From Azolla caroliniana (taxonomy: Eukaryota; Plantae; Polypodiophyta), in the NCBI GenBank assembly GCA_043228905.1, contig JBHGNT010000017.1, forward strand, positions 9,114,001 through 9,178,000: 64,000 nucleotides of DNA, read 5' to 3'. The translations under genes were made by a program, and so were the position numbers. Positions 1 through 14,140 of the stretch are shown piece by piece. The notes beneath the pieces are model-generated. The model was given only the letters and a program-made list of their open reading frames with translations. It ran no database searches and was not told the origin of the DNA. The first letter of the stretch is position 1. Every line of letters begins with the position of its first letter.

Positions 1-27
1 GAGAAAGTGAGATTTCAGCTACGGTGA

Positions 28-3000
28 TCAATCAGATTCCTCCATGTCTTCATTTACATCCGCCCTATTATGTTCATCGTCGAGGTGATTGAGGTCAGGA
101 TTCTCGTCTTGTCTTTTCTTGAAAATCTTTACTCTTTTTCCCGCAATGGGTACGGCCAACCTTGATCCGTCTAGCTCCGCAAGGTGGTATGTGGCATTAT
201 TGTTGGCACTTGTCACCACATACGGCCCGAACCATCTTCTTGCGAACTTTCTTGTTGTACTGTGTTGATTGTCGAGGTTGCTATTGTAAACCAAAACCCA
301 ATCTCCTTCTTCAATCTTCTTGGGACGAAGTCGATGCGTGTTGTCAAACCGAACTTTGTTCTTTACTCGGCCTGCCTCCATCATCTTTCGCGCTTTTTCT
401 AGATCTTCAGGTCTTCTTTCAAGTTGCCTTATCCGCGCCGCTAATAACTCTTCTCGGCTCATCTTGTTCTCCCACGGTATCGCTACCCATGAGGCGATTG
501 TCCTTTCAATGGGCATAACCGGCTTTTGTCCATACATAAGCTCCGTCGGCATATACCCTGTCACCGAGCTGTGTGTCGTTCTATCGGCCCACAAGGCATA
601 GGGTAATAGTCGTGGCCAATTCCCGACTCGACTGTTGCATGCCCGTACGATGGCTTTAATGATAGGTTCATGCCCTCGCTCGATCTTCCCATTCGCTTCC
701 GGACTATAGGCAGTCGTGAGGGAGAGCTTCACGCCTAGTCATTCGAAGAGCTCCGTCGCTTCGTGCGCATCCAACTCCCCTCGGTCGGCCACTATCTTCC
801 CCACACATCCGTATTGGCAAACAACCTCTTCAAGTAGAAATTTGCAAACGGCTCAAGTCGTCTTATATGTCAAGGCTCGTTGTTCCACTTGATTTGTTAA
901 GTCTTCCCTTGCCAGCACTAAGTACTTCATTTGTCCCACTCCCATTGGATCGAGACCAGATCCACCATCCATTTGAAGTGTATGGTGAGTGGGTATGTCA
1001 GCTGTAACTCGTCACGATGATGTATATTTGAATATATTTGGCAAGTTTTGCATGTGGACACGAAATGGAGTACATCTTTGTACATGCTTGGCCACCAATA
1101 CTTCTCCTTCAACTTTTCGAACGTTGCCCATGTTCCTCTATGACCTGCCCAAGCACTCTCGTGGAATTCGGTCATCAGCGTCTCTTGCTCTTCTTTCTTC
1201 ACCACCACTCGACGTGGTATTCCTGTCCTTCTTTTTGGATGTCGCCAAAGGAATCCTCCCTTCAAGAAGTATCGGTAAGATTTCTTCCGGATTCTTAGGG
1301 CCTCCTCCTTTGTCAACGGAGCATCTATCGTCAATGTTCTTAGGAATCTACCGATCAGTAACCACTCTCCTTCGTACTCGTTCTCGTTGAAGGCGTGGAG
1401 GGTTTACGTGTCCTAGTCTTCTGCCGATAATCAAGCCATCTTGAAGAAGTCGAGGGCGACATCTTCATCTTCCGAAACCATGTCGCTTCCATTTTCAAAT
1501 CTTTCCCTCGACAACATGTCAGCCATGGCGTTCTTCTTCCCTGCAATGTGACGGATCTCTGGGTTTAAAGACTGGATGTAGGCGATCCACCTTAGCATAG
1601 CAAGATCTGGGGTCGCACATCCCGAGACCATTCCGAGAATTAGGAGACAATCTGTCTCTATTATCACTTCCGACCCGATCAGGTAATCTTTGTCCGTCTT
1701 CACTGCCGACACAATACCCCAAAGTTCCTGCTTGACATGGGCATATCTTTGTTGCCGTTCGTTGAGAATGTTTGCTCCGAACCGGACGGCATATCACGCA
1801 TTATCTTCTCCTTCTTGATTGATGACCCACCCGATTCCGGTTGGGCTCGTATCGACGGTCACGTAAATCGGCTTCCCTTCGGCATAGTCGGGCTTTCTCA
1901 GTGCCGGAGCTTCAAGAAGTAGTTTCTTCAATCTTCACATCGCATTTGTGTGCTCATCTCGCCATTCGAACTTCATTCTTTTCTTTAGTAGTCCATATAA
2001 CGGTTCGGCGACATGAGTGTAGTGCGGAATCCAGATATGATAAAATGCGCATGCTCCAAGGAACCTTCTAACCTCCGTTTGATTTTCACATTCTTCTTTC
2101 ATGTCTTGGATTGTGTTCACTTTGTATGGTGAAGGCTTCCGGCCGTATGCCCCACATAAGTGACCTACCACCAAGATCTCCGGTTGCCCGAATGCGGATT
2201 TTTCTCCCGAAAATGTCAAATTTGCATCTTTGAGCCTTTGAAGCACCTTCTCGCAATCTTTCATATGATCCGCAACGAACTTTCTACAACCTTCCTTATC
2301 TTTCGATTCATCTTTCTCCTCATCCGAACATCCTTTTATCGGAATATCATCCAAGAATGGCATCATGATGTCCGGGATACAATCCTTCAAGACTTTATTC
2401 ATGGCATTCACCATATGAGCCACCGAGTTCATTGCGCCTTGGGGTAAGGTACACATCCGCACAAGCCCGATTGGAGTCCTCATGGTTGTAATGTCCCGAC
2501 TATCGATCGCCAATTGGAATTGGTCATATCCGGAGTAGAGATCGCCAATAGAGTAGATGGACTGGCCCGCAAACGCTTCGGCAAATTTGTCCACGCTCGG
2601 ATCGATTCCAGCATTTTGAATTGTCACCTTGTTGACGGGTTGAAGATCTTGGATGAATCGCAATGATCCATTCTTCTTCGGCACCTATTGGAATAAGGAG
2701 CATTCAACGCTTCTAGAATTCCTATACTCACCTTCTCCTTTAAGAGCTCGATCAGCTTCGGAAGGTGTGCTCTTGGAACCGGTATCGGTTTCAAATTCCA
2801 AGGCACATGAGGCACCGTGAAGATCACCATCGGCTCTATAACCTTCGGGTCGGCACATTCGATTTCTCGTGGGAAGAATGCGAAAGCCTTCCCATGTCTC
2901 TCAAGCATATCGCGAAACATTTGCTCCTCTTCAGGGAGAAGGAAATCCTCCTTTCCAACTCGCAGCTTCCCCTTCGTCTCTTCGGTGAAGACATGACCTA

Positions 3001-3046
3001 TCATCTTCGGATCTCTTAATCTTGGATCGTTAGTGACTTCCTTCAT
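28..3046 (-). pseudogene. pol: Gypsy pol (RT-RNaseH-integrase), fragmented
   Basis: ORF fragments 1935-2684 (RT), 1431-1712 (RH), 927-1334 (IN zinc finger), 28-732 (IN C-terminus with GPY motif). Confidence 0.9.
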
Positions 3047-3507
3047 CTTTTGCTAGCTATCTTCCAGTAGCGGAACCGCAACTAGCTTGATCTTCTTCTT
3101 CTTATCCACCGTTTTATATTTCGTGTTGATGTCAGCTTCCTTCATCGAGATGCCACAACGGTATTCATCGATGATAGCGTACATGTTGACGGAGTTAACG
3201 GAAATCACACGTTGGTCGTGAAGATAGCTCAAGTCCACGACGTCCTCAATTTCGCCGATGGTGTTGTTAAATGAGGCTTCTTCCATAATATGAGTCACGA
3301 ACTCTCCTTCTTCTATTACGTTTTCTTCTTTTAGCATCTTCTCGAATTCTTGTATCCGACGCTTGTCCTTCTTGTCGGGTAGTACTAGTTTACATGCGCC
3401 ACTAGGTGTGACACATGTTGCTTCTCCTCGCAATCCACACACTCTTCTTACTTGTGGGGTCTTGTGATTGCTCGGACTATTTGTGCCCCATCCTTCAATA
3501 GTCTGCT

Positions 3508-5741
3508 CTAAAAATCCGAGGATTCGCCTCCGAGACTATCTCGATTCCTTTCATGATTGGCTCGCACCTTTAGGAATTGGACTGATCTTTGGTTGTCATG
3601 ACTCTTTATTCGTGCGAAGGCTGCTCCATTATCGAACACTTTGGTCTCCATCTGAGATGATGTGATATAAGGTTGCCCTAGGATGATAGGATGCGACGTC
3701 GATTCTTGTACAAAGAAGTGTTGATCCATCTCCACATCCCCGATCGTGACTTTGACATTGGGACAAGCTCCGTACAAGTCTTCTGTAGACTTTGTTGTTG
3801 CGCGAATCTTCCATCCGTGGTTTGTATTGATTGGCCATCTTCCTTTTTTGTAGAAGTCGGTTGACATGAGGTTGATCTCTGAGTCGTGGTCGATCAAAGC
3901 TACCACAGTCTCTTTCTTCTCCCCGATCTTCACCGGCGTCTCCGTTGTCGCTCGTGCCCAATGAGATCGAGTATAGTGGTTGTCCACCATATCTTCATCG
4001 ACTTCGTCTCTTGCCATCGTTATGGCATTCGTTATTGCTTTTTGCGGCTTCTCTTCTTCCTCGTCCGATTGTTGTCTTTTTCTCTTTACAAGGTCCATGA
4101 TCGTGTCATGGAACTCCTTCGTAATGCCAAGAAATTCCCTCAAGGACAAAGTTACGTGGCTATCAAGAACTCGTTCTTCGAGAATCTTCTTTAGGTCCGT
4201 CGTCTGCTCTATTTTCGACCTTAGCTTATAGGTAGGTATAGTCATTGTCCCCCGAGCGGGGTCTTCGACACCAACCTTCACGGGCTGAACCGTTTCTTCA
4301 ACTCATATGCTCGGCTACCCTTTTCGGCTTGATTCTTGTTCCTCCGTTTGTAAAGGTCGACTCGTCTCCACATCATCCTTCTTTTTCGCATTCCTTGTTT
4401 CATGTCTTTTTGATGGTCCTTGCTCTTCTATTCTTTTTCTCTTTTCTTCGAAGAACACCTTGTGGTTGTCACACATCACCTCCGCAAGTATGGTGTTGTC
4501 GTCCACCGGATCCGACCACCCGGTTATGCTTTGCACGCTTCGGTCCGCAAGCTCTACCTCGTTCGATGTGACCTTCCCCATCTTCTCATACTCGAGAACG
4601 GAAGACCAAAACTTGGCTCCCACTTTCGCAGCTTCATTTCTGTCTTTCCCTACTCTTATTCCGGCCGACGCAACATAGTGCATCACATCCACATGAGTCG
4701 CATCGGCATCCTCCATAGCTTTCTTCATTCCTCCTCTTCCGAAATTCACCCGTAGGGGTCTTCTAGTCTCGCTCGAGCAGATCATGTTGTCATCTATGTC
4801 ACGATATTTTGTCGGATCGTCTCTTGAAGGCTCGCACAATCCCTTCTCATGTGGTCCATGCTATCGCACCACACGCATCTAAAGGGTTCTTTTCCTTTGG
4901 GCCCCCGATGATTCATGTTGGCTAGCGTGACCGCCTCAAACTTCTTCGCCAGTTCTTCGATGATGTTGTCATCAATCTTCTTTTCTTCCCGGCTGCTTTG
5001 TTTGGGCGGCTCAACTACTTTCGGTTGTCTTGTTTTCTCTACAATAGTCGATCCCACCAAGTTGGTGTCATCAACCCACTGACGACGCTTGTCAAGCCTA
5101 TTGGATGCCCGCTTCACCGCAATCCAGTCCACTACGAGCCCATTTGCTTGGGTATCATCTTTGAGAAGAGTCCCCAACTCCCGTCTATCCTTCATGTCCA
5201 CGGCCTTCAAGAAGTACAAAGTCTTGTCCTCTTTAAGCAACACTTGGTCCGTGTTGGGGAGACGACTAAACATCTGGTTGAATTCGTCGTACACCCTCGA
5301 GGCGCTCATCTTCTTATTCTTCTTCTCTATCCACTTCATCAGGGCATGTCGAGTCATCGTCGTTGAGTTTTTAGTCGCGAACTCCACTAGTATCATTTTC
5401 TCTGTCGTCTTACCTTCTTGAAGCTCGAAGACGCGTCTTTGGATGTTGTTGGCGACAACTCTCTTGAAGCTTGCGATTTGACCTGCTTCAGACACGTCCC
5501 TCTGATTCATCTCCCTTCTATATGTGTCAAGGAACTTCGTAACGTTCCTTCCATCGAATTGGCCCTCAAGCTCTACGACACGATCGACAGCCTTCTCCAC
5601 GCTCCCGTCGTTGTCCCGAGATCTCACCATTTGCTCGACGATTAGCATCATCCTTTCGAGCTCTCCCGCTTGATTTCTTGAGGATGCCATCTCCAAGTAT
5701 TGGTTGATCCTCGACTTGATCCTTCCTATCGCCTCTTTCAC
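3508..5741 (-). pseudogene. gag: Gypsy gag-protease, frameshifted
   Basis: GQFDGRNVTKFLDTY gag motif, CCHC-like knuckle, aspartic protease motifs LIDHDSEIN and IILGQPY. Confidence 0.8.
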
Positions 5742-5754
5742 GTCGGGTTCACCA
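5737..5754 (-). promoter_or_regulatory. Primer binding site complementary to the 3' end of tRNA-Trp
   Basis: The + strand reads TTCACGTCGGGTTCACCA, matching the plant cytosolic tRNA-Trp 3' end plus CCA as recalled; 8 nt from the LTR. Confidence 0.7.
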
Positions 5755-5762
5755 CTTAATTA

Positions 5763-6855
5763 TGTCGTGAAGATCCGTCACTAGGCGCGGATCGTGAGGC
5801 GGAACCACCGGGGTTCTGGACCGGAAGGACTTGAAGTTGGCACAAGCTTTAGCGAGAAAGTACTTAAGCTAGATTGAAAGAGAGAGAGAGCTTGCGATAG
5901 AACTCTTGATTTTAGATTTTAAGAAACAAGTTACACGATCAATTCGATAACGAATTCTCTTCTTCTTCATTTAATAACAAAAGAAAACCTAACCCTTCTT
6001 CTTTTTCATATCTTCTTTTATAGATGCTCTCATGCATGTGATGCTTATGAGGGTACAAGACATGCATAAAATGCATGTTTGCCATTTGGCGCTCATGTAT
6101 TACATGTGGTGCATGATAACCATGTCACTCATTTTAGCTCTCATGTATGAGAATTTCCATGTAAAAGTACAATGATAGAAATATAAATTCAACTAAATGT
6201 CATGGCTTAGTGGTAATCCTATTGACTCTTAACTAGGAGGTGCAAGGTTTGAATCCTCACTTGCCCTCCTTGTGTATATATATGTGATATATATTTATTT
6301 ATTAATTTGGTCGCCGGATGCCGGATGACGCCGGTTTGCCGGATGCTGGTCGCTGGATGACGCTGGTTCGCCGGATACCGGCTCCGTCGCATGCCGATTC
6401 CGCTGGATCTACCACTGCTTCGCCGGCTCCGTCGAATGTCGATACCGCCGGATGACCGATCGCCGATTACCTTCCAGTTCCGTTTTGGTTGGCCAAAACC
6501 TTTACGAGTGGCTAGGCCACCTCCACTCTTAGTTAAAGTTACCTTGAACTCTCTAACCTCAACACATAAACACAAAGATAATAGCTTTTGCTCTACCTCA
6601 TATATGATGAGAGCCGTATTTGTCGTGCCTATGTGGGATATCTCACAATTTTCTCTTTTTTCCTTTCACAAACTTTATACCCTCATATCTTGAGATCTAG
6701 TTGTCCATTTCTCGTGTAATAAAGTGCATTCGAAAGCTCTTGAAGACCTCCATCATTTGTACTTAGATACTTCACTATTATTGTTTTATGTGATTCATAC
6801 TTGATTTTGTACATTTTATGTGATTTTCACACCATTGCCGAAAATCGTCACGACA
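5763..6855 (-). repeat. 5' LTR of the Gypsy element (~1093 bp)
   Basis: Inverted termini TGTCGTGA...TCACGACA; adjacent PBS; internal CGCCGGATG-type short repeats at ~6310-6460. Confidence 0.8.
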
Positions 6856-8120
6856 TCCACCCCCACCACCTTCCTCATGTACGCATAGTGATACGCCATG
6901 TAGTCGTTGAACCCCTACAGAACTATGGGTTCTTTTGGTGGGTAGATCGGCACAATTTCTGCTCAATCGACTTGATGGCCCTCTTGGGCAACTCCGACCT
7001 TTTCTCCGGAGGTCCGTCTTTATGCTTTCTGGAGTTGGATTTTCTCAGATCCAACTCTTCCTTGTCGGTGCCATATTCCAGCATCTTCTTATTTCCTTTT
7101 TCCTTCTGCATGAACCGTCTCCTTGGTTCATTACGCATGGAATGCACGACCGCTTCTCCACTACTCGCCGGCTCTTCATCTGACAGGTCAAGCCAACTCA
7201 ATCTCTCATTTGGCCCACTTAACTAAAATGAGATCGAACTCTCTTCTAAAGCTCTGATTTCTTCTTCTTCGTCCGGATGCACCTCGGCCTCACTGACCTC
7301 ATCTTCAGATATCGGAATGGAGGTGTCGAGGTTCGGTGATGAGGGCAAGTACCATGATGTTGACTCGTCGAAGACAACATCACGGCTTACCTGGGCCTAT
7401 TTGGTTTAGGGGTTATAACATTTATAACCCTTCTGTTCGTTTGAGTAGCCGACCAAGATACACATCTCGACATTTGCGTCTAGCTTCCTCCGTTTCTCCC
7501 TCGACACATGCACATAGGCCATGCTGCTGAACACCCTCAAGTATCCCAGATTCGGTTTGTTTCCGAAGTAGAGCTGATGTGGTGAAAGTCCCCCATTTAC
7601 AGAGGTTCAATTTCATAGGTAGATGGCTGTCCGGACCACTTTGGCCCAGTAAAACTTAGGCATATGCTTCTACTCAAGCATTGCTCGTGCCACCACCTCT
7701 ACCATCCGGTTCTTCCGCTTGGTCAAAGCGTTCTCCTTCGATGTGTATCTGCAAGAGAATTCTCATCAAATTCCTTCATTTTGCAGATAACTCGAGAACT
7801 TCTCGAAAAAGTACTCTTTTTTGCTATCAGACCTCAGTCACTTGGTTTTTCTGCCGGTTTCCCGTTTGGCAAGGCTCTTCACCTTCACAAAGCAGATGAA
7901 GATTTGCTCTTCTTTGCGATCAAGCACACCCAAGTGTGTCGAGTGTAGTCATCGATAAAGGTTACAAAGTAACGACTTCCTCTGAGGCTCATGTTTTGTG
8001 CCGGTTCCAGCTCTGATTTAGCTCCTTGAGGAATGGAAGTCAGTGTTACTTCTCTAGCTGGCAAGCTTCGCACACTTGGCCGTTCCGGCCACTAAATTTT
8101 GGTAAACCGAAAACAATTTT
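6856..8120 (-). mobile_element. Ty1/Copia remnant (GAG-pre-integrase, integrase, linker)
   Basis: GSRYFVTFIDDYTRHTWV integrase motif; heavily deleted. Confidence 0.8.
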
Positions 8121-8720
8121 GGTAACACTTGGCCGTTCCGGCCGTTCCATTAATGGTCAGTCTAACTCTATCTCACTGCAACACCCTTTGGTGAAGTGTC
8201 TCAAGGGATACCCTGTGTTAGGCCATTGTCCGGCCCTAGCTATAACACAGTTTTTGGCGACCACGATTCCTGCACAAACGCAACGAACAACGGCGGGCAT
8301 GGATGACTAGACCGACAAACGACCCGGTTATAGAGCAAGCAAAAAGACTTGCCGAACGATTGCGAAAGCGAGAGGCTTTCCAATAGGCGGAAGAAGAGAT
8401 CCGTGTAGATCGGTCATTTTCGAAAGTAATCCGGTGAGTGGCCGCAGAGTCACTCCGCAGGGAGCAGAATTCCCAACCGGACGAAGGAAGCAACTTAAGC
8501 AGTCTCTGAGACGCGGAATCCATTCTACATGCACTAGCGATAGGGAGAGGCGATTCGGAACCATTCTCGGCCTTCAAATCGAATTCTAATGGCGAATGCA
8601 ACGCCCATTCGAATTACCGTAGCGGCCACAATACCCTTGACGCACAGGAGGACGAGCAGTCAGATACCTTGTCGACACTAGAACCAGAGTTAACGGAAAC
8701 TGGAAGCCCCAGACCGGCAA

Positions 8721-11700
8721 TTGGCAGAACAACTTCTGACACCGCCACATGAGACACTGGAAGCACAGGAGGAAAGACCTCCGACACCGAAAGAAGAGGA
8801 GGAAAGACCTCCGACACTAGACGACGACATGCCGTTCCAATATCCTAAGTACCGGGATGATCCGGATGCAGAAGCTCATGTCTATGCATTTCTACAAATA
8901 TGGGAAGCAAACCATGTGTCACAACGCTTGACCGTCGCCGAAGCAGAACACTCGAAGATTGCAGAGTTCGGCATGACCTTGGAAGTACCTGCCGCGCGAT
9001 GGCGCTTGACGCACACTCCCAACACCATCACGAGGTTTGAGGACTTAAAAACTAGATTTTTACAATTCTTCAACAAGGAGGTGGATCAAAGGGAGATGGT
9101 TGGCCTATTCTACACCATATGGTAGGAACCTACGGAAACCATTCAGCAATTCGTAATCCGGTTCCAGCGAATGCATAGTCAGCTCAATCGGGCACCACCG
9201 GAGGCAAAGGCGAAAGCAATATTCCTAGCCACACTCAGGGAACCCCTGCGTACGGTGTGCGCAGCGATTGATTTCCGCGCTAGCACGATCGACCAAGTCA
9301 TAGAACGGGTTAGGGAGATGGAGAAAACAAGCTCATGGCTAACAATAGGGGCACTCCAGCGTACATTACCGATAGAGGACGATCTACGGTTTCGACAAGC
9401 TATACAATGTACGACTTGTCTCAATGTCAGGCACTCGGCTATAGAATGTACCATGCAGACACAATGCATGTTATGCCATTCTAGGATGCACACAATGGAC
9501 CGATGCGAATATAACATGTTGAACCAGGACGTGGCACCGGTAAGGCCAATCAAACCCCGGAGCAACCAGGAGGAGGAAGAAGAACGATGGCGACGAGATG
9601 AGCGTTACCGGCTGGCGTAAGATATCCGGAACAACGACAGAAAGGACGCTCACGAGCGAGACCGGCAGGATAGCTACCGGGATTACAACGGTGAATGTTA
9701 TGAGCGATACAACGGGGATCACTCCCCTGGTTACAACCAACGAAGGGAGGATCAAGGCACCTATGAAAACCGGCCCTGACAGGGTTACTGGAACAAAAAA
9801 TGGAACGCTAGCAAGGAGGACCGCCAGTGGCAGCCGGACAAGGGCATGCCAAGTACCCAACCGGACCAAGGCCAAGCCCAACTGACCACCAATAGGACCT
9901 CAACCGAGTACCGGAGCGAATGCCGAATCCAGGAACACCCGGAAAGTGTACTGCTACTATTGCTGGCAAGAAGGACATTACAGTAATCAATGTCCAGTTA
10001 AAAGCTACGAGAAAAGACTAGCCGTAAATATGGTGGTAGCAGAAGTCGCCAACATACAACAAGTCACCACCAGGGCAAAAGGCAAAATAACGGAGTGGGA
10101 AACACAGGAGGCAATCCAAAAGCAAGCCACCGAGTGGGTGAAGAAGGCAAATGAGCAAAATGTGGCTAAGCTTGAACAACAAAAGGAGAAACCGGAAGGG
10201 GCCACCGACACGATTCAGCCAGAAAACCCAACATGGCAAGCGTTACAAGAATGTCAGATTACGCTGCCATTGGGTCGGTTATTACAGCTAGTGCCCTGGT
10301 TTACGGAAGGGCTGAAATCAGGAATGACCACATCAATTCTGTTGCCGGCTCCTGCGTTCTTCTCAAATCCGGAAGAAGGGCCAGCAGTGGTAGACACTAA
10401 CAATCTGACAATCAACGCCATCGTCAAAGGATGAGAACTACCAGGAACGATTGTGAATGGACGATCGGGCGTGAAAGTGATCAATCTACGGACTTGTAAT
10501 ACCCTAGGAATCCAGGAATGGGAGCCTTGCCCGTTTTGGCTTCTGATGGCGGATACAAGTTCGGTAAGGCCTGCCGGTTTGATACGAAATCTAGACGTAA
10601 CTATCAGAGGTCACGCATTCCGCATTTCGGCAGTGGTTCTCCAGCTCAATGCGCAAGGGGCTTACCCACTGTTGCTAGGCTGGCCATGGCTAAAAACGAC
10701 GCATATCAAACAAAACTGGAGGAAAAACATGATCACCTTCCGACGAGTAAAAACTAAAGTAAGGGTACCTACCCACCCTCGAGCAAGTACAGGCAAGGAG
10801 CTGACACCGCTATATGCGGAAGGTGTAAACATGCTCGAGGGGCTTGCGGACGAAGAGGTCGACCAATACTTAGAAGAAAACCCAAAAATTGTACCGGTAT
10901 TTGAGATTGATGTGGCGGAAGCGGTATCACCACATAGAATGCAATTGGATGACGCCGTCCACAAACCGGATCGGGAAGCTATCAGAGAATTACGGCAAGC
11001 ACAGGAAGCTCTAGAGAGGGAGATGACAGTATCCCAACGCGTGAAAGCATCCCAGTTAGAGGAAGTGAACTTAGGGACCGGGGACGACGCCAGACTGGTT
11101 CATATTGCTAAGGAAATGTCACCGGACAACAGGACGGCGATGATCACTTTATTAAAGGAATTTCGGGACGTATTCTCCTGGTCCTATGAGGACATGCGGA
11201 GGCTGGATCCTCAGTTGTACCAACACCAAATACACCTCAATAAGGATGCCAAAACGGTAGCACAACGACATTACCGGATGAACCCTAACTATGCGACAAA
11301 GGTGAAAGAGGAAATTGACAAGTTGCTACGGGTCGGGTTTATCCAACTAGTGAAAAAAGCTACATGGTTAAGTCCCATAGTCTTCGTGCCGAAAAAGAAC
11401 GGTAAGATCCGGGTGTGCATTGATTACCAGAAACTCAATGCGACAACAATGACCGACACCTTTCCACTTCCATTTACGGATGGAGTCCTGGACGTGATAG
11501 CCGGTCATGAAGTGTATAGCTTTCTAGATGGGTTCAACGACTACAATCAAATAAGGATGCACCCCGGAGACCAAGACAAAACGGCGTTTGTCACCGAATG
11601 GGGAGTCTTTGTTGCGGTGGTAATGATGTTCGGGCTCAAGACCGCGCCGGTGACCTTCCAACGAATAATCATGGAAATATTTGACGAGTTCATTCCGACA

Positions 11701-13775
11701 TTCATGCAGGTATTCCTGGATGACTTCGCCATGTATAGTTGAGAAGGAGAGCATCTCCAACACCTCCGGCTATGTCTTGAGAAATGCAGGAGTTATCAGC
11801 TAAGCTTGAATCCAGCAAAGTGTGTGTTCGGAGTAACAAGCGGTGCATTGATGGGCCATCTTGTCAGCAAGGATGGGATTGCGGTAGACTCCGATAAGGT
11901 GAAAGCAATCTTAGAAGCACTGAAACCATCCACAACCAAAGCTTTGAGTCGGTTTCTAGGGCAAATCTAGTGGCATAGCCGAATGCTCTGGTATTTGGCC
12001 GATCTTGCTACACCATTGCATGTCGCGGTTCACCAGACACCGTTTCAACGGACAAATATGGAGGATGAGGCTTACCGGGCACTGAAAGTATTGCTATCGG
12101 CAATGCAACCACCAGATTGGTCAAAAGAATTCCACGTGTTTGTTGATGCATTCGACATAGCAATCGGCAGTGCACTAATGCAACTAACGGAACCGAAATG
12201 GTACCGACCAGTCTATTATGCTAGCCGAAAACTATCCCAGGCAGAACGAAATTATTCAACAACGGAACGAGAAGCTTTAGGGATGATTTACAATGTCACC
12301 AAGTTCAGACACTATTTATTGGGAAAGAAATTCTAATTTCATGTTGACCACTCAGCGCTAGTATATTTGGTCTCAAAGGCATCGCTCACCGGCAAGCTGG
12401 CCCGGTGGACATTGTTGCTACAAGAGTTTGAGTTCGAAATATATCACCGGTCGGGAATACAACATGCGGTTGCCGATTACTTGAGCTAGTTAGATTCTGG
12501 CGACACCGGTGATGGAGTCCCCGATGAGTTTCCAGATGCCGAGTTGTTTAAAGTAATAGCAGAAATGGCAGCCGATAGCACGGTAGTCGACGAAGACAAA
12601 TGGCTAGCCAACATGCATCAATTCCTAAGCACGAGACTCCCACCAGAGGAGATGAACCGGAATGAGCGGAAGCAGTTAGCAGTGCAAAGCCGATATTTTT
12701 GTCTACTACAGGACACCCTGTACCACAAAGGCGTGGATGACAAGCAGTGCGAAGCAACGAAAAGGACACAATATTACGAGAAGCGTACTGTGGTGTTGCT
12801 GGAGGGCACTATGTCGGGGATGCTACGACAAGAAAGATATGGCACAATGGGTTATGGTGGCCGACGACACTGAAGGACTCGGTTTGCTACGCGAAAGTGT
12901 GTGATTTATGCCAACGGATGGGTCAGCCAACAGAACAGGCAAGGATGCCTCACCAGCCGGTGCTACCCTTAGAGCCATTTCAGAAATGGGGGCTCGACTT
13001 CGGTGGGCCGTTTAAACCTCCGGCAATGAGAACCAGCAACAGGTATGTTATAGTCGCCACAAATTATTGCACCAAGTGGGTAGAAGCTAAGGCGTTGCGG
13101 GACAACACAATGGCATCAACGGAAAAGTTCTTATATGAGTACATCTGGTGCCGGTATGGATGCCCGATCAAGTTAATTAGCGACCAAGGTGGACATTTTC
13201 TCGGTCAAGTAGTGGAGAGATTAACGACATTCTATGCAGTGGTACAGAAGTGCAATACCCCTTATTATCCACAGGCCAATGGATTGGCCGAATCCACGAA
13301 CAAAACGCTCCAAAACATCTTGCGAAAGATTGGCAATCAAAACCAAATTGATTGGGACACCAAGCTGCATAGTGCACTATGGCCATACCGGACGTCATAC
13401 AAAACGAGTATTCGGTCAACACCATTCCGGTTAGCATTTGGGCTTTAAGTAGTAATGCCAATCGAATTTCAGGTTTCGAGTTTGCGGATACAAGTTAGAG
13501 AATGACTAAGTGAAAAGGAATCGGAAAAAATCCGGTTAGCTGCATTATGCCAACTCGAGGAGCATCGGATAGCAAGTCTCATGCAGTTGGAACTGGAGCA
13601 GCGACGAAAGAAGGCGTTTGTCGATCGGCACTGGAAGGGCAATGAGAAGATGTTCGGGATCGGCAAGCCTATATTGGTGTTCCAAACCTGGATGGGTCAG
13701 ATGCCGGGAAAGCTCGGAACGCTCCTTGGAGAGATAATGGGCAAATGGGTCAATGGGTTTCGACTCAAACCATAG
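8721..13775 (+). pseudogene. pol: Gypsy gag-pol with many nonsense mutations
   Basis: ORF fragments 8721-9125, 9171-9620, 9946-10434, 10453-11742, 11983-12336, 12747-13448. Confidence 0.88.
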
Positions 13776-14140
13776 TGTGGACCGATGCCACAGAATCCGT
13801 TCGAGCAGACGGAGGCTGATACAATAGTAGGAAGTAGGAAAAAATTACCCGATAGGCAGGCAGAGCCGGCATTACCGGATAATGACAAACAGGTGGCCAA
13901 CAAACATGAAGATGGGGAAAAACCAGGATTCGGACCTGGTGCTTCTGGTTAACTAAAACTTAATTAAAAAAAAGAAAAAAGAAAAAGAAGTCATCGTGCA
14001 GAGGCGAGGAGCGAACGGGCACTTGGAAAAGGTGTGGTGAGTGGCTAATTAAACCCTAAACCCTAAGCACACCACATGTCAACCGACTGCTATATTAGTA
14101 TAGGACGTGCACGCGCGGGAATCAAGAAAAGGCGCCACGC

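Larger units (their letters stand above)
1..6855 (-). mobile_element. Ty3/Gypsy LTR retrotransposon (non-chromovirus type), degenerate; 3' end lies outside the window
   Basis: Minus-strand order gag (4794-5741, CVWCDSMDHMRRDC knuckle), PR (ALIDHDSEINLM), RT (DLYSGYDQF, FLDD), RNase H (HIAGKKNAMADMLSR), IN (YSPEANGKIERGH, WFGPY). Many stops and frameshifts. Confidence 0.92.

Noticed and set aside
6200-6266. Functional tRNA gene
   Set aside because: No acceptor stem, poor anticodon stem, and located inside an LTR; kept only as a tRNA-like motif.
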